Positions 24,829 to 24,829 of a stretch of 24,829 bases of DNA are shown here, piece by piece. The position numbers and the translations under genes are program-made. Position 1 is the stretch's first letter; the number at the start of each line of letters is the position of its first letter. The notes under the pieces are model-generated. The model saw only the letters and a program-made list of their open reading frames with translations, did not search any database and was not told where the DNA came from. This DNA is from a virus (lineage: Duplodnaviria > Caudoviricetes): positions 1 to 24,829 of IMG/VR virus record IMGVR_UViG_3300036713_000194; one strand, given 5' to 3'.

Positions 24829-24829
24829 A

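Noticed and set aside
1-24829. Alternative genetic code, tRNA genes or introns
   Set aside because: Genes tile densely under the standard code using TAA/TAG stops followed by new RBSs. No cloverleaf or intron-sized interruption was seen.

Overview
AT-rich segment of a tailed-phage (or prophage) genome containing most of a podovirus-type virion morphogenesis module on the + strand (1-23521). Gene order: 3' end of a probable scaffold gene, major capsid protein, small head-associated proteins, head-tail adaptor, 985-aa nozzle/tail protein, three probable ejection (internal virion) proteins, about ten fibre/decoration proteins built from shared modules, a permuted NlpC/P60 enzyme and a RusA-like nuclease. 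A convergent minus-strand block follows (hypothetical protein, PD-(D/E)xK-like protein, overlapping spanin-like pair). I saw no tape measure/tail tube, integrase, tRNA or CRISPR array. The top finding is a 69-aa very hydrophobic ORF (3618-3827) nested in the +1 frame of a virion protein gene; it has its own AGGAG site and matches a sharp codon-usage shift in the host gene. Other highlights are an S74-like self-cleaving chaperone domain with three SD..K motifs on an ejection-type protein, a repeated intergenic box, a promoter with a T9 spacer, and a RusA-like gene lacking a canonical start. All family assignments come from motif recognition by eye, not database searches.
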